Of a stretch of DNA of 64,000 nt, positions 51,351 to 62,247 are shown piece by piece. The DNA comes from a virus: IMG/VR virus record IMGVR_UViG_3300006899_000005. The stretch is one strand, 5' to 3'. The notes beneath the pieces were generated by a model. The model searched no databases and had not been told where the DNA came from. It saw only the letters and a program-made list of their open reading frames with translations. A program made the position numbers and the translations under genes. Each line of letters begins with the position of its first letter. Position 1 is the stretch's first letter.

Positions 51351-52690
51351 GGTTTCCTCGTTCGCTTCAGGTAGGCGACGTGCTCTCGCCTCATCTCGCT
51401 GTCAGAAGCAGGAGACCTGCCAGAGCCGCTGTACATGTCAATCAAAGAAAGACCAAAGTTCGCGTCCTCCTTGCATTTGGCCACGACGTAGGTGTGGCAG
51501 CCGTTCCTTCGGCCCTCCTCCCAGAGGAACTTCGGCGTCATCTCCAAGTTGTATGGCAGGTGGGGGAACCGGGCGTGCGTGGGCCACGCCTCCAGGAACT
51601 CCTGCACCTCCTCGTCCGAAAGTCCCTGTGGCGCGTAGTCGGCCTCGGAGATCATCAGCGTGTGGACGCCTCCGAGGCCGTCCGCGCTCATCCTCCCCGC
51701 GAAGAAATCGTCCTTGTCGATCCCTACGAGAAGGAACCTCAGGTGGGAAGAAACGGGGCTGATATCGTTCTCTCGAAGCATCGAATCGAACTCGACAGCC
51801 GAAAGAGTCGTGACGCGGAACTGAGATCCGGGGAGCCATGACTTTTCGCAATCGTAGGTTGATGTCTCGGCAGAAAAGAAGGTGCCCAGGTCCACCTTTC
51901 TCTCAGACTCGTTGGCCGGAGCTGGTACGAGAGGAACGTTCTTCCTCTCCTTGCCCTGCTCGATCTTCTTGCGGATCCTCTCGCGGATCCTCTCCTCGGA
52001 CACCATGTCCCTTGGCTCTCGCAGGGTGCAGTCGACCACCAGCTCATCCATCAGCGAGAGGAAGGCGCCTCCCGTTGATCGCATCGCCTTGCAGTACGAG
52101 TGCAGGGGTTTCACAGGACCGAGGGGGGACTGGATGTCCGTCGCCACGTCGATCTGAGCGGCGAAGTGTCTGCACTGCTCCCTCGTCGGAGCAACGACGA
52201 TGAATTTCTCCGGGTCGAAAACCCCTCGGTCGAAGCCCACCATCGTCGCCACCTTCAGGCCGAACCGATCCGAAACCTGATCCTTCGCGAACCTTCGTCT
52301 CTTGATCCCTTCGCCAGCGCTGTTGTACTTGCTCTTCCTCGCCTTCAGGATCTCTGCGGCCTGGGGGGAGCGAGCGAGCCTCATGCTCTCGATGAGCGAA
52401 GGCGCCACGCTTTCTTCACGGAAGACCTCCTCGTAGAAGTCGTCCTTGCCCAGGCAGATCATGTCCTCGGTCAAGGCGGGAGCCGCGGCGACCCAGTCGT
52501 CTGCGGGCCTCGGCAGTCCGTCCACAGGGTCGTTGATGATCGGCGTGTCGCTGCCGTTGCCGAAGGCGTCCATGTACTGATCGTGCCTTCGGAAAGATTC
52601 GCCTTCGTCGCTGTCTTCCCTGGAGGCCCCCACGTCCTCCCGACCAGCCGCCCTCGATTCTTCCTTGGATTCGTCTTTGTTGTCTGACAT
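51347..52690 (-). CDS. hypothetical protein
   Basis: GAGG RBS, 447-aa ORF. Confidence 0.65.
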   Translation of the reverse strand: MSDNKDESKEESRAAGREDVGASREDSDEGESFRRHDQYMDAFGNGSDTPIINDPVDGLPRPADDWVAAAPALTEDMICLGKDDFYEEVFREESVAPSLIESMRLARSPQAAEILKARKSKYNSAGEGIKRRRFAKDQVSDRFGLKVATMVGFDRGVFDPEKFIVVAPTREQCRHFAAQIDVATDIQSPLGPVKPLHSYCKAMRSTGGAFLSLMDELVVDCTLREPRDMVSEERIRERIRKKIEQGKERKNVPLVPAPANESERKVDLGTFFSAETSTYDCEKSWLPGSQFRVTTLSAVEFDSMLRENDISPVSSHLRFLLVGIDKDDFFAGRMSADGLGGVHTLMISEADYAPQGLSDEEVQEFLEAWPTHARFPHLPYNLEMTPKFLWEEGRRNGCHTYVVAKCKEDANFGLSLIDMYSGSGRSPASDSEMRREHVAYLKRTRKP

Positions 52691-52872
52691 GGCGTCCTCG
52701 ACCTCGTGGAGACGAACTTGCACAGCGAGGTGGTACAGTGCAAGGGTCAAGGACTGGACATGGCAAAAACATCGATATTTACGGCATATGTCGATTTTTC
52801 ACGATGTCCGTTGACAGGCCAACCCAGGCTTGCTTTCATGGTAGTCGCGTTACCACGCAAGGAATCAACATC

Positions 52873-54270
52873 ATGGAGCTACGTCCGTACCAGAGCAACG
52901 CTCTGGAAGAAGCCCGTCGTCTCTACTACGAAGGTCACCGGAGCCTGCTGATCTGCTGCCCAACCGGGGGTGGGAAGACCGCCATCGCTTCGCACGCCGT
53001 CAAGGCGGCGGTCGAAAAAGGACATCGAGTCCTGTGGGTCGCCCATCGCTCTGAGCTGGTCGACCAGGCTACCGAGACCCTGCGTCGCGTGACAGGAAGG
53101 CCGGTGGGAATCTTCCAAGGAAGCAGGCGGCCCACCCCCCACGCTCTCGTTCAGGTTGCAACAATTCAAACGCTCGTTCGCCGCGAAGATATTCCTCAGG
53201 CCGATCTCGTCATCGGCGATGAAGCTCACCGTATGCTGGCGGACCAGTGGCACTGCCTGCTGGAGACCTACAGCAAGGCCAGGCACCTCTACCTCACGGC
53301 CACGCCGGAGCGCGGCGACGGCAAGCCGATGGGCGACCTGGCGACCGCCCTGATCCCCACCGTGCAGCCTGCCGAACTGATATCCCAGGGCGTCCTTGTT
53401 CCTTGCGCAATCATCGCCCCCAACTTCAAGATCGAGGGCGGCATCTCGGACTGCCCCGTGGATGCCTACCTCCGCTGGGGCGACCGTCGTCGAGCCGTGT
53501 TCTTCTGCCAAACGAAGATTCACGCGAGGGCCGTCAGCGAAAAGCTCACGCAGAACGGAATCCCCAACGGCGTCGTCACCGACGATACCTCCTGGGCCAC
53601 CCGCCAGATCATCTACCGTCGCGTCGCGGACGGAACCCTTCGCGCGCTCGTCAACGTGGCCGTCGCCACGGAGGGCCTCGACATTCCTCCCCTGGAGGTG
53701 TGCGTGATCGCCCGCAGCGTCGGTCACTCCGCCATGTACCTCCAGATGGTCGGACGCTGCCTTCGTTCTTGCGAAGGAAAGAGCAGCGCTCTGATCATCG
53801 ACCTCAAGGGCGTGGTCAAAGAGTTCGGATCTCCGGAGGCCGACCGAACCTACCACCTCGAAGGCGACGAGGCTGTCACGATCGACGACGACATGCAGGA
53901 GAAGACCTGCAAGCAGTGTGGTAGCATCAAGACTTCTCCCGTGTGCCCCGTCTGCGGATTCTCGGCCACGTCGGAGCGCTCTCCAATACCGGACATCGTG
54001 TCCCATCAGATGGATTTTGTTCAGCGCGTCGACCATGGAGATGACGCTGCCAGGACCTACATAAGAATCATCCACGACATGAGGACCCGTGGCGTTCGAA
54101 GCTACGCCAGGGCCGCCTCCGAGGAGTTTCGCAGGGTACGCGGTTGCTACCCGGCTCCCTCGTGGGTCAAGGCGTTTGCGCAGTACATCGACAGGAAGCT
54201 TGACACGCCACCGTGGTGGCCAGAGGAGATTGTTTGCACATGGAAAAAACAGCCGGTCGCCGCCGAGTGA
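52873..54270 (+). CDS. SF2 DEAD/DEAH helicase with C-terminal Zn finger
   Basis: LRPYQ, PTGGGKT, DEAH, TATP, EGLDIP, QMVGR, CxxC...CxxC. Confidence 0.92.
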   Translation: MELRPYQSNALEEARRLYYEGHRSLLICCPTGGGKTAIASHAVKAAVEKGHRVLWVAHRSELVDQATETLRRVTGRPVGIFQGSRRPTPHALVQVATIQTLVRREDIPQADLVIGDEAHRMLADQWHCLLETYSKARHLYLTATPERGDGKPMGDLATALIPTVQPAELISQGVLVPCAIIAPNFKIEGGISDCPVDAYLRWGDRRRAVFFCQTKIHARAVSEKLTQNGIPNGVVTDDTSWATRQIIYRRVADGTLRALVNVAVATEGLDIPPLEVCVIARSVGHSAMYLQMVGRCLRSCEGKSSALIIDLKGVVKEFGSPEADRTYHLEGDEAVTIDDDMQEKTCKQCGSIKTSPVCPVCGFSATSERSPIPDIVSHQMDFVQRVDHGDDAARTYIRIIHDMRTRGVRSYARAASEEFRRVRGCYPAPSWVKAFAQYIDRKLDTPPWWPEEIVCTWKKQPVAAE

Positions 54271-54641
54271 TGGAAGTCTCCATGATCGACCCCAAAGACG
54301 CAGCAAGGAACAACGCTCAAACTTCGCTCACGGTGAAGGTCTTCGACCGATGGGAGACCGTCGATCTCATCAGGGACGACGACGAGCGGCTCCACGACGT
54401 GTCGGTGAGGCTATCAAGATTCCTGTGCGCCATCCGAAACGGAGAAGCGCGAGGCGAAGAGAAGATCGTTGTGTACCAACACGCCACCATCGCCAGGGAG
54501 GTCGTCAAGAGGGCGAAGGGGGAAGGTAAGAAGCAGCTCTACTTCGCGCTCCGTTTCTACAACGCCGCCATGACGAATCTTGACGACGAATCGGTCGACC
54601 TCGTGATCCGCAACCTCAACGCGCCGAAGGCCGCCGAATGA
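54270..54641 (+). CDS. hypothetical protein
   Basis: TGATG and ATGA coupling to both neighbours. Confidence 0.65.
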   Translation: MEVSMIDPKDAARNNAQTSLTVKVFDRWETVDLIRDDDERLHDVSVRLSRFLCAIRNGEARGEEKIVVYQHATIAREVVKRAKGEGKKQLYFALRFYNAAMTNLDDESVDLVIRNLNAPKAAE

Positions 54642-57439
54642 CCTCCTTGGCCACCTCCGTAACGTCCGTGACTGGCCGACATGCCAGGCGCTATGCCGAG
54701 CTGGGATGGCCCGTGTTCCCGATCTACAACCCTGTATTCCGAGGCAAGAAGATTTTTTGCTCTTGTCCTCAGGGGGAGAAGTGCGACCGACCGGGAAAGC
54801 ATCCAAACTCCAGCCTTCCCGGAGCACAGCACGGTCTCCACGGCGCCACCTGTGACCAGGACATCGTGTCCGACTGGTGGAACACGTCTCCCGGCTCCTC
54901 CGTTGCGATTCGCATGGGAAGGAAGTCCACCGTCGAAGGGGTGTACGAAGGCTGCGGATACATCCTCCTCGACATCGACAACGGCTACAACGACAAGGGT
55001 ATCCTTCGGCAGGGCGACTACGAGCTGGACATCCTCGAAGACGCCATAGGCAAGCTCCCCGACACCTGGGAGACAAGGTCTGGCCACGGACGCCACCTGT
55101 GGTTCAGGCATCCAGGCGGCGACCTGTTCCTTTCCAACAAGGGGAACATCCAGATTCCCAAACCGGACAACTGGGGCGACGAGGTCGCGTTCCTCGACAA
55201 GAGTCGCAAGAAGATCGTTCTACCCTCCCTCCAGATACGAGGCGACGGAGGATACGTCGTTGCGCCTCCTTCGAGGCACTACAGCGGAAACTCTTACTCG
55301 TGGGTTATCAGCAAGGCGGACATGCCGGATGCCGCCGACATTCCCGAGGGACTTCTCAAGATCCTCGGCCGCAAGATCGGCACGGCTCCGACCGACGACT
55401 ACATCCCCGAAGGGACCTGGCCCGACGAGGCCATGAGGATCAAGCGAGCGAAGGCGTACCTCTCCAAGATCGATGCTGCTGTCAGCGGGAACGGAGGACA
55501 CGACGCGACATTCCGCGCCGCCCTGTGGGTCGTCCGAGGCTTCGTTCTGTCTGTCAGGGACGCATACGCCTTGCTCTCCGACCACTACAACCCTCGATGC
55601 TCTCCTCCCTGGAGCGAGGAAGAGCTGGCCAGGAAGTGCGAGGAGGTGGCCACAAAGAGCCACCACCGCTGGGGCTTCGCCTACGACGGCGACGCGGCGC
55701 GCGAGTTGGAGAGGGAGCTTGCCCGTCTTTCCAGTCCCGGCGTCGTAACGTGGGTTGAGAATGACGCGAAAGCGGACATCGTGTCCTCTGCTGCCCTTCG
55801 CCTTGTGGAAGAGGACGATGGATCAGGGGACCCCCCTGGGCCTCCGAATCCACCGACGCATGGCGGTGGCCAAGGTGATGACGGAGGGGCGGGTCTCCAC
55901 TACCAGTTCATCACGGGTTCGGAGGCGGAGCTTGCCTTGGCGATGCGCAGGCACCTGGAGAGGGACGGAAGGATCCTCACCTACTCCGAGAGCTTCTTCT
56001 GGATCTACGACCCGAGGAGGGGCATCTGGTCCAGGATCAACGATCTCTGGATCCAGGGACAGCTACGCAGGTTCGACCAGTGCCCCGTGGGCGAGAACGG
56101 CAACCTCAAGGTCAGCAACAGCATGACCGTGGGAGCCACAAAGATCCTTGCCAACGCCTACGCACCCCAGGGCGGCGACATGAGCATCCCATCCGGCATC
56201 GAGGCGTACCACTTCAGCAAAAACGACACCGGCATCGCCTTCCGCAACGGCTTCATGAGGATCTCCGTGCAGAAGGACCTCAGGGACCTCGAAATCGAGC
56301 TGGTGCCCCATTCCCCTCGCAACATGGCCCGTCTCTACATGGACATGAATTGGACGGACGAGGCTCAGCCTTCTCCCATCATGGACAGGTTCTTCGAGAA
56401 CCTCTTTCACGACGTGGACGAAGACCAGGAACGCAAGGACAGAATCGCTCTTCTCCAGGAGTTCGTCGGAGCTGCTCTCGCAGGCATCTGCACTTCCCTC
56501 CAGGGGTACCTTCTTCTCCGAGGAGATGGCAACAATGGAAAGAGCGAGCTGATCAAGCTCATCGAGTCTCTCTTCGACGAGTCGAGCATCGCCTCCATCC
56601 CCGTCGATGCGTTCGACAAGAACTTCAGGCTCCGCGCCCTCGTCGGCGCTCGTATCAACATCGCCGACGACCTGGCCAGCGGAAAGCTCTCCGCGAGCGC
56701 TTCCGCTCACCTCAGGCGTCTTGTCACCGGGAACCGCATCGATCTCGACGTCAAGTACCGCGACCCCACCTCGTTCGTCCCGATAGCTGGCCACATCTAC
56801 TCGGCCAACGACCTGTTCGAGCCATCCGACTCGACCGAGGGCCAGTGGAGGAGGTGCCTCGTCCTCCCCATGACCGCCAACTTCGGGAAGCGCAAGGACC
56901 TGCGTCGTCCGAACGCCGCCCTGGAAGTCATCCAGAACGAACGAGCACAGGTGGTCCAGTGGGCCATACGAGGTCTCATCCGGCTGATCCGAGAGCAACA
57001 CGGCGTCTACACCATGCCCATGGGATCCAAAGAAGCAAAACAAGAATGGCGGGAGTCCTCCGACCCCGTCTACGAATTCCTCTGCAACGCTGGCAAGTCC
57101 GTCAGGTTCGCCCTCAACTCGAAGGGCGGCATCCTTTCAAGCGACCTCTACGCCAAGTACGTGGAGTCCTACGAGGCCGTCCCTACCTCCCTCCGTCGTG
57201 GCTACGAGATGAGCAACAAGTCCTTCTCTATGAAGGCCAAGGCGTCGGAGCTGGTCTCGGCAAAGAGGAAGGCAGAGGGCGTTTTCTTTATTGCCGAGCA
57301 GCCTCTCGTGGACATATGGGACCAGAAGGACACGATGTCCGAGAAAGAGATCAAAAAGTCCAGCGAGTCGACCAAGGACAGGCCGGAGGAGAAGGCGGTC
57401 CTCACCTCGAACCCTCCGGGCAAGGAAGAGGAGCCGTAA
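54638..57439 (+). CDS. bifunctional Prim-Pol primase fused to D5-like SF3 helicase
   Basis: GWPVFP, CSC...C..PGKHP, LDID, GRHLWF, GGYVVAPPS.H, PPWSEEEL, GDGNNGKS, WRR. Confidence 0.92.
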   Translation: MTSLATSVTSVTGRHARRYAELGWPVFPIYNPVFRGKKIFCSCPQGEKCDRPGKHPNSSLPGAQHGLHGATCDQDIVSDWWNTSPGSSVAIRMGRKSTVEGVYEGCGYILLDIDNGYNDKGILRQGDYELDILEDAIGKLPDTWETRSGHGRHLWFRHPGGDLFLSNKGNIQIPKPDNWGDEVAFLDKSRKKIVLPSLQIRGDGGYVVAPPSRHYSGNSYSWVISKADMPDAADIPEGLLKILGRKIGTAPTDDYIPEGTWPDEAMRIKRAKAYLSKIDAAVSGNGGHDATFRAALWVVRGFVLSVRDAYALLSDHYNPRCSPPWSEEELARKCEEVATKSHHRWGFAYDGDAARELERELARLSSPGVVTWVENDAKADIVSSAALRLVEEDDGSGDPPGPPNPPTHGGGQGDDGGAGLHYQFITGSEAELALAMRRHLERDGRILTYSESFFWIYDPRRGIWSRINDLWIQGQLRRFDQCPVGENGNLKVSNSMTVGATKILANAYAPQGGDMSIPSGIEAYHFSKNDTGIAFRNGFMRISVQKDLRDLEIELVPHSPRNMARLYMDMNWTDEAQPSPIMDRFFENLFHDVDEDQERKDRIALLQEFVGAALAGICTSLQGYLLLRGDGNNGKSELIKLIESLFDESSIASIPVDAFDKNFRLRALVGARINIADDLASGKLSASASAHLRRLVTGNRIDLDVKYRDPTSFVPIAGHIYSANDLFEPSDSTEGQWRRCLVLPMTANFGKRKDLRRPNAALEVIQNERAQVVQWAIRGLIRLIREQHGVYTMPMGSKEAKQEWRESSDPVYEFLCNAGKSVRFALNSKGGILSSDLYAKYVESYEAVPTSLRRGYEMSNKSFSMKAKASELVSAKRKAEGVFFIAEQPLVDIWDQKDTMSEKEIKKSSESTKDRPEEKAVLTSNPPGKEEEP

Positions 57440-58405
57440 GCCTCTACCTGCTGGCTTGAAGTCGCCCTCGGTGGCCTTGGCCTTCGCCCGCCTCCTCAGC
57501 ACGTCCAGGGCGGGCTCGATCGCCTCATACGCCAGCTCTCCGAGCATGAGAGACTTGATGAGCTGGGAGTCGGGGCAGCAGTCGAGAATTGCCTCGTAGC
57601 AAAAAGGGTTGCGGAACACGTCGTGGCTGAAGACGTCCATGAGCGTCCTGAAAAGGAACGCCCTCATGCCTTCGCTGCTGGCCCTGATCTTCTCGTCGGG
57701 GTAGATGGCCAGGAAGCAGGCCAAGCTCCTCTTCTCTTCTTCGCTACCTTCCTGTAGAACCTTCGTCACCTCCTCGGTGAACTCCTGCTCCCAGAAGAGC
57801 AACTGGCTCAGGTCCAGGTCGGTCGACAGACCTTTGCTGGTCCCCCGTATCCCGAGGCGAACGGTCTCCCTTCGGACCCAAGACCTCAACTCGTCGACCG
57901 GGTATCCTTTGCCCATCGTTTCCTCATACCTCTTGAGGAACGTCTCAGCGTAGAAGAGCCAGTTGGTATGCCTCGGGATGGTCCTCGCGAAGATGAGTGC
58001 CGCGATCAGCTCGGCCTTCGTCACGTCGACCTCCTTGAGGAGGTGAGGCCGCTCGGCAATGTCGGCCAGCCGATACCCGGACATGGCCCTGGCTCCTTCC
58101 ATCTCCTCCTTCAGGGCCACAGACGAGGCTCCGACCGCCTTCCCCTCTCCGATGGCAGACATCAGGTCCCACGCCACCGTAGGGTGCCACTGAAGGATCC
58201 CCAGGTCGTCGCAATGTTTCAACGCCAAGACGTTCTCTGAGCTGAGGTTCCTGTTCAGGGCCAACAAGGCGTTCTTGATCTGGCAAAAAGGGCTCAGGTC
58301 CTTGCCGTGCGAAGCCTGGCAGGCCGCCGTCACCTCCTTGTCGAGGAACTCGGCGTCGTCGCTGTGAACGAGGGCCAGCAGGTAGTTTCTTTCTTCTGGG
58401 GACAT
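57437..58405 (-). CDS. hypothetical protein (ends at TTA that is the complement of the primase TAA)
   Basis: Would otherwise run 300 nt antisense into the primase gene. Confidence 0.65.
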
Positions 58406-58539
58406 GGCCGAATCTTACGAGGGAACGCCATCACGGTCAACCTTCGCAAGAAACCCGAATCCACGAGAAGAAAAGAAAAGCTGGCCACTTCCACGGGGCA
58501 TCGGCGACTGGCCAGCTCTCTTGGTCCAGCTTCAAAAGG

Positions 58540-59145
58540 CAGCCAAAAACCATGTAGGTTATGTAGTATTCTTTCTTTACTATACATAAGAATAACCTTG
58601 GATCTTAGTAAGAATGTAGGTTCTGTAGGTTATGTAAGATTTTTTTGAAAACTTGATACGTGCGAGGTGTTGGTATCTTTAGACACCGTAAACAAAAGGC
58701 AACAGGGAGGAAAGGTAAGGAAAGGTGGGATATATATTTCTTGGTCAGTCATTCAAAGATAAATAAATCTTCAGAAAAGTGCGTCAATTCGCTCTATAAA
58801 AGTTTTAGAAAACGATCCTACAATCATACATATATACATTATGCCTTGGATCAAAGGGTCATTTTATGCAAAACCGCCTTGGTTGGGGTAATAAAAGAAC
58901 CGGGTAAGTTATGATGACACTGTATTTTTTGGACTAGAATACACGTTTCGGGGTACTCCTTCCAAAGATACGGTATAGCGATACACGCCTCACTTTTATC
59001 GGTCGGTGAGCCAATGTTAGCTACGAAAAGAAAAAGGCAAAGGGTAAAATGATACCCATAAATGATTTTTGTGATGAAATACGATTGAATGTGCTCAAGT
59101 GTAGTACACCGCACTGCGTCATTGGTGGGTACAAAAGAAACCAGT
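58540..59145. other. AT-rich non-coding region, candidate replication origin or control region
   Basis: Abrupt AT enrichment, no credible ORF, repeated TGTAGGTT units, next to the primase-helicase module. Confidence 0.55.
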
Positions 59146-59179
59146 TGACCGCCGCCACCCCGCTGGCAACCTGGCCAGC

Positions 59180-59677
59180 ATGTTCTTGCTCGCCGTCGCG
59201 TCAGCGCTCGTCCTCGCATTCTTCGTAACGTCGTGCCTGATGGTTCTGGGCTCCAGGAAGCAGTACAAGGAGGCAGAGGCCATCGTGGCCCGTACGGAGG
59301 ACAGGATCTGGAAAACCGATGGCCCCGGGGGCACGGCAGACAGGCTTCTCGCGGTGGAGAACGAGCTGTCGCGCAGGAAGGAATCGCACGAGCGCGTGGT
59401 AGCGATCCTGATAGAGGAGCGTGACAGGTGGCGCAAGCAGGCGAAGGAGCACGAGGAGTCCTTCGACGGCACGATGAACTACTACCAGCGAACCATCTCC
59501 AGGTTGGCCCAGGCGAAGGCCAGGAAGGTGGACGATATCGAGATGCAGGACATCATGTCCCACATCAAGAAGTTCGAGGAAGAGTGCCGCAGGGCGCGCG
59601 GCCTGCCCGTGAGCGAAGCGGCCGAGGTAGAGAAGGCGCAAGGATACGAGGCGAAGACGGAAGAGAGGAAGGCGTTA
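59180..59677 (+). CDS. N-terminally anchored coiled-coil protein (ends at TTA, TTATG overlap)
   Basis: TM helix then coiled coil. Confidence 0.65.
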
Positions 59678-60270
59678 TGTCTGGGTTCGTGACGACAAGC
59701 ACCGGAGAGGTGGGCTTCTTTTCGATTTCCGATCTTGAAAACAAACGCGGGAAGGGATTCCCTGCGTGTGACATGGTTCTCTGGGAAGAAGAGAGGGGGG
59801 TTTTTGTTTATTACCAGATGGCCAAGGACGTCCAGGTCGTGGCCAAGTGGGTCGACCTCGCCGAGCGCGTCTCGAAGGAGCAGAGCGTGCCTGTGGCGTG
59901 GATCCTGGCCATGGTCTACGCCGAGAGCAGGGGTGACGAGAAGGCAGAGGCGCCGGACGGGGGCTGGGGCCTCATGCAGATCACCCATGACTCGTTCAAG
60001 CGTGGGCGCACGAAGGAGCAGGTGTTCGAGCCGTACACCAACCTGACCCTGGGCGCGGGGGCAGTGGCCCGCTACATCCGGGCGAACCCGGACACATACA
60101 ACCTGCCCGAGGCGGCCTCATGCTACAACGCGGGCGCTCAGCCCGGGTACAGGCCATGGCCCTCGGACGTGAGCCCATGGGGCATGAGGGAGACGAAAGG
60201 GCACATCTCGCGGGTGGTGGCCGCCAACAACGGCATCGTAACGATGCTCAAAGATGCCGTATGTCGGTGA
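59677..60270 (+). CDS. SLT-family lytic transglycosylase
   Basis: YAESRG, GWGLMQI, NLTLGA, CYNAG. Confidence 0.88.
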   Translation: MSGFVTTSTGEVGFFSISDLENKRGKGFPACDMVLWEEERGVFVYYQMAKDVQVVAKWVDLAERVSKEQSVPVAWILAMVYAESRGDEKAEAPDGGWGLMQITHDSFKRGRTKEQVFEPYTNLTLGAGAVARYIRANPDTYNLPEAASCYNAGAQPGYRPWPSDVSPWGMRETKGHISRVVAANNGIVTMLKDAVCR

Positions 60271-60335
60271 CGGGAAGGACATCATGTCCTGTGGTAACCT
60301 GTTAGAGGACCAACTGGGCGGCCCAAAGGCCACCC

Positions 60336-60899
60336 GTGCGACCTCAGAACAGCCTATTCCAGCCATACTCAGGGGCCCCTACGATCCGACTGGAGAAGTA
60401 CCGGGGCGTCGACCACTCCATCAAGGCGATGATGGATGCCGTATTGAGCGACCGTGGTGGGTGGTCGCCGGAGGTCAGGCTGTGCGCCGAGGCGATATGC
60501 CGACAGGTGGCCCCCAAGGACTACCTGAGCGAGATCCTGGCCATCCGCTACTGGGTCCTCAGCAAGGTGCCGTACATCAACGACCCTGTGCATGTGGAGT
60601 GGATTCGCGACCCACAGACCATGCTGGAGGAGATCAAGAAGTACGGCAAGGTTCGGGCCGACTGCGACGAGATCACGGGGCTGACCACGGCGCTCCTGCT
60701 GAACGTGGGCAGGAGGTGCCAGTTCATCACGGCTGGGTTCCTTCCAGCTCCTGCTCCCCACAGCCACGTCTTCGCCAGGACGGAGATCCCCGGCATGAAG
60801 GACAAGTGGGTCGTGTACGATCCTGTGGCCGGAAGCAGGGAGAACACGATGCTCCAGAAGATCAAGAGCTACAGAACCTTCGAGGTTGACAGGCCATGA
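60336..60899 (+). CDS. transglutaminase-like cysteine protease
   Basis: YINDP, ADCDE, HSHVF, WVVYDP. Confidence 0.8.
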   Translation: MRPQNSLFQPYSGAPTIRLEKYRGVDHSIKAMMDAVLSDRGGWSPEVRLCAEAICRQVAPKDYLSEILAIRYWVLSKVPYINDPVHVEWIRDPQTMLEEIKKYGKVRADCDEITGLTTALLLNVGRRCQFITAGFLPAPAPHSHVFARTEIPGMKDKWVVYDPVAGSRENTMLQKIKSYRTFEVDRP

Positions 60900-61537
60900 G
60901 CTACCGCGGATATGAGGAGAGCGCAAAGGCCAACTCGGCCCAGTTGGACGCATTTTCGAAGACAAAAGCCGCGGCGGACTCGGGAGGAGATGCGGTCCAG
61001 ATAGGAACTGCGGGCGGGACAGCGGCCTGCGCTCCCATCTTGGCCGTGGCATCGCCTTTGTGCGGAGCTGCGGTTGGAGCTTTCATCGCGGCCAACCAGA
61101 AATACGGAGCCCACGGAGGGCCCGGAGCGGGGACGCTGGACGTTCCCATGCTCTGCTCCGGACGTGGAGGGACGAAGTCGCTCAAGTTCGTCAGCGAGGA
61201 AGACTTTTCCTACCAGTGCAACGACGGAAGCGCTTGCCTCAAGAAACCAGGCAAGACCGTCGCCTGCAAGGGTCCAGGGTCGGCTGGATCGCCGCCTCCA
61301 CCTCCACCGCCTCCTCCACCTCCACCGCCTCCTCCATCGACTTCCTACTACTACTTGGCCACTTTTTCTCCAAAGACTCAGCCGACATTCCTTCAATCGG
61401 CATCCTCGGCGATGACTCAGAGAGAAGCGGACATCGTGTCCGGTCGAGATGATTCGAGAAAGAAGGTTCTGGCGGCAGCGGGAGCTGTTGCCGTGATTTC
61501 CATCGCCTTTGCTGCCTACAAAAGGTGGAAAAAGTGA
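60896..61537 (+). CDS. MSYRG-family membrane-anchored Cys/Pro-rich protein
   Basis: Four-Cys domain, poly-Pro linker, C-terminal TM plus basic tail. Confidence 0.75.
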   Translation: MSYRGYEESAKANSAQLDAFSKTKAAADSGGDAVQIGTAGGTAACAPILAVASPLCGAAVGAFIAANQKYGAHGGPGAGTLDVPMLCSGRGGTKSLKFVSEEDFSYQCNDGSACLKKPGKTVACKGPGSAGSPPPPPPPPPPPPPPPSTSYYYLATFSPKTQPTFLQSASSAMTQREADIVSGRDDSRKKVLAAAGAVAVISIAFAAYKRWKK

Positions 61538-62247
61538 GTTATCACGGCATCGTCACCGACATGCTTCCTTCCTCGGGTTCGAGGATCACTGCCGTGCCGA
61601 CGAACACGGCCGTGAGAAGTGGCGGAAATGGCTCTCAGCAGGCGACGTTCATGTCGTCTCTGGACCAGGGAAACCAGGAGCAGGCTGTGGCCATCGACGC
61701 AGCCCCTTCGCATAACGAGACGCAGGCCCAGCCTGACGCAACGGCGCAGACTTCGGGCTCGACAAAGCAAACGCAGTACAATGCTGTGGAGTCCAGACGC
61801 TCTCAGGAGCTGAAGACTGCCCAGAACCAGCCCACGAGAGAGAGAAGCATGGCCAACTTTGCATCCATGGTCGACATCGCCGCCTACCAGAAGCCTGCCG
61901 CAACGTCCACTTCGGGGAGCTACCGATTCATCAGCTCCGTATCCCCCATCGCTGCTCCCAAGACGACCGTCAGCCCTGGGACTCTGGCTGCCCTTCGGGC
62001 GGTCAACCCTTCCACCGTGGCGGTCGTTCCTCCTTCGCTGGATGTGAGCCCTCCCCAGATCAGCCCCTCGGCTCCGCCTCCGCCCGTCGTTGTGAGCCCT
62101 CCCCAGATCAGCCCCTCGGCTCCGCCTCCGCCCGTCGTCGTCGAGGAGCCCTGGTACAAGACCCCCACGGGCATGGCCGTGGCCGGCATCGGCATCCTGG
62201 CGCTTCTGGCGGGCGGCTACGCGCTCTACAAGTCGCAGGGGACATGA
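61534..62247 (+). CDS. MSYHG-type membrane-anchored S/T/P-rich protein
   Basis: GTG start, 48-bp internal duplication at 62044/62092, C-terminal TM. Confidence 0.7.
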   Translation: MSYHGIVTDMLPSSGSRITAVPTNTAVRSGGNGSQQATFMSSLDQGNQEQAVAIDAAPSHNETQAQPDATAQTSGSTKQTQYNAVESRRSQELKTAQNQPTRERSMANFASMVDIAAYQKPAATSTSGSYRFISSVSPIAAPKTTVSPGTLAALRAVNPSTVAVVPPSLDVSPPQISPSAPPPPVVVSPPQISPSAPPPPVVVEEPWYKTPTGMAVAGIGILALLAGGYALYKSQGT

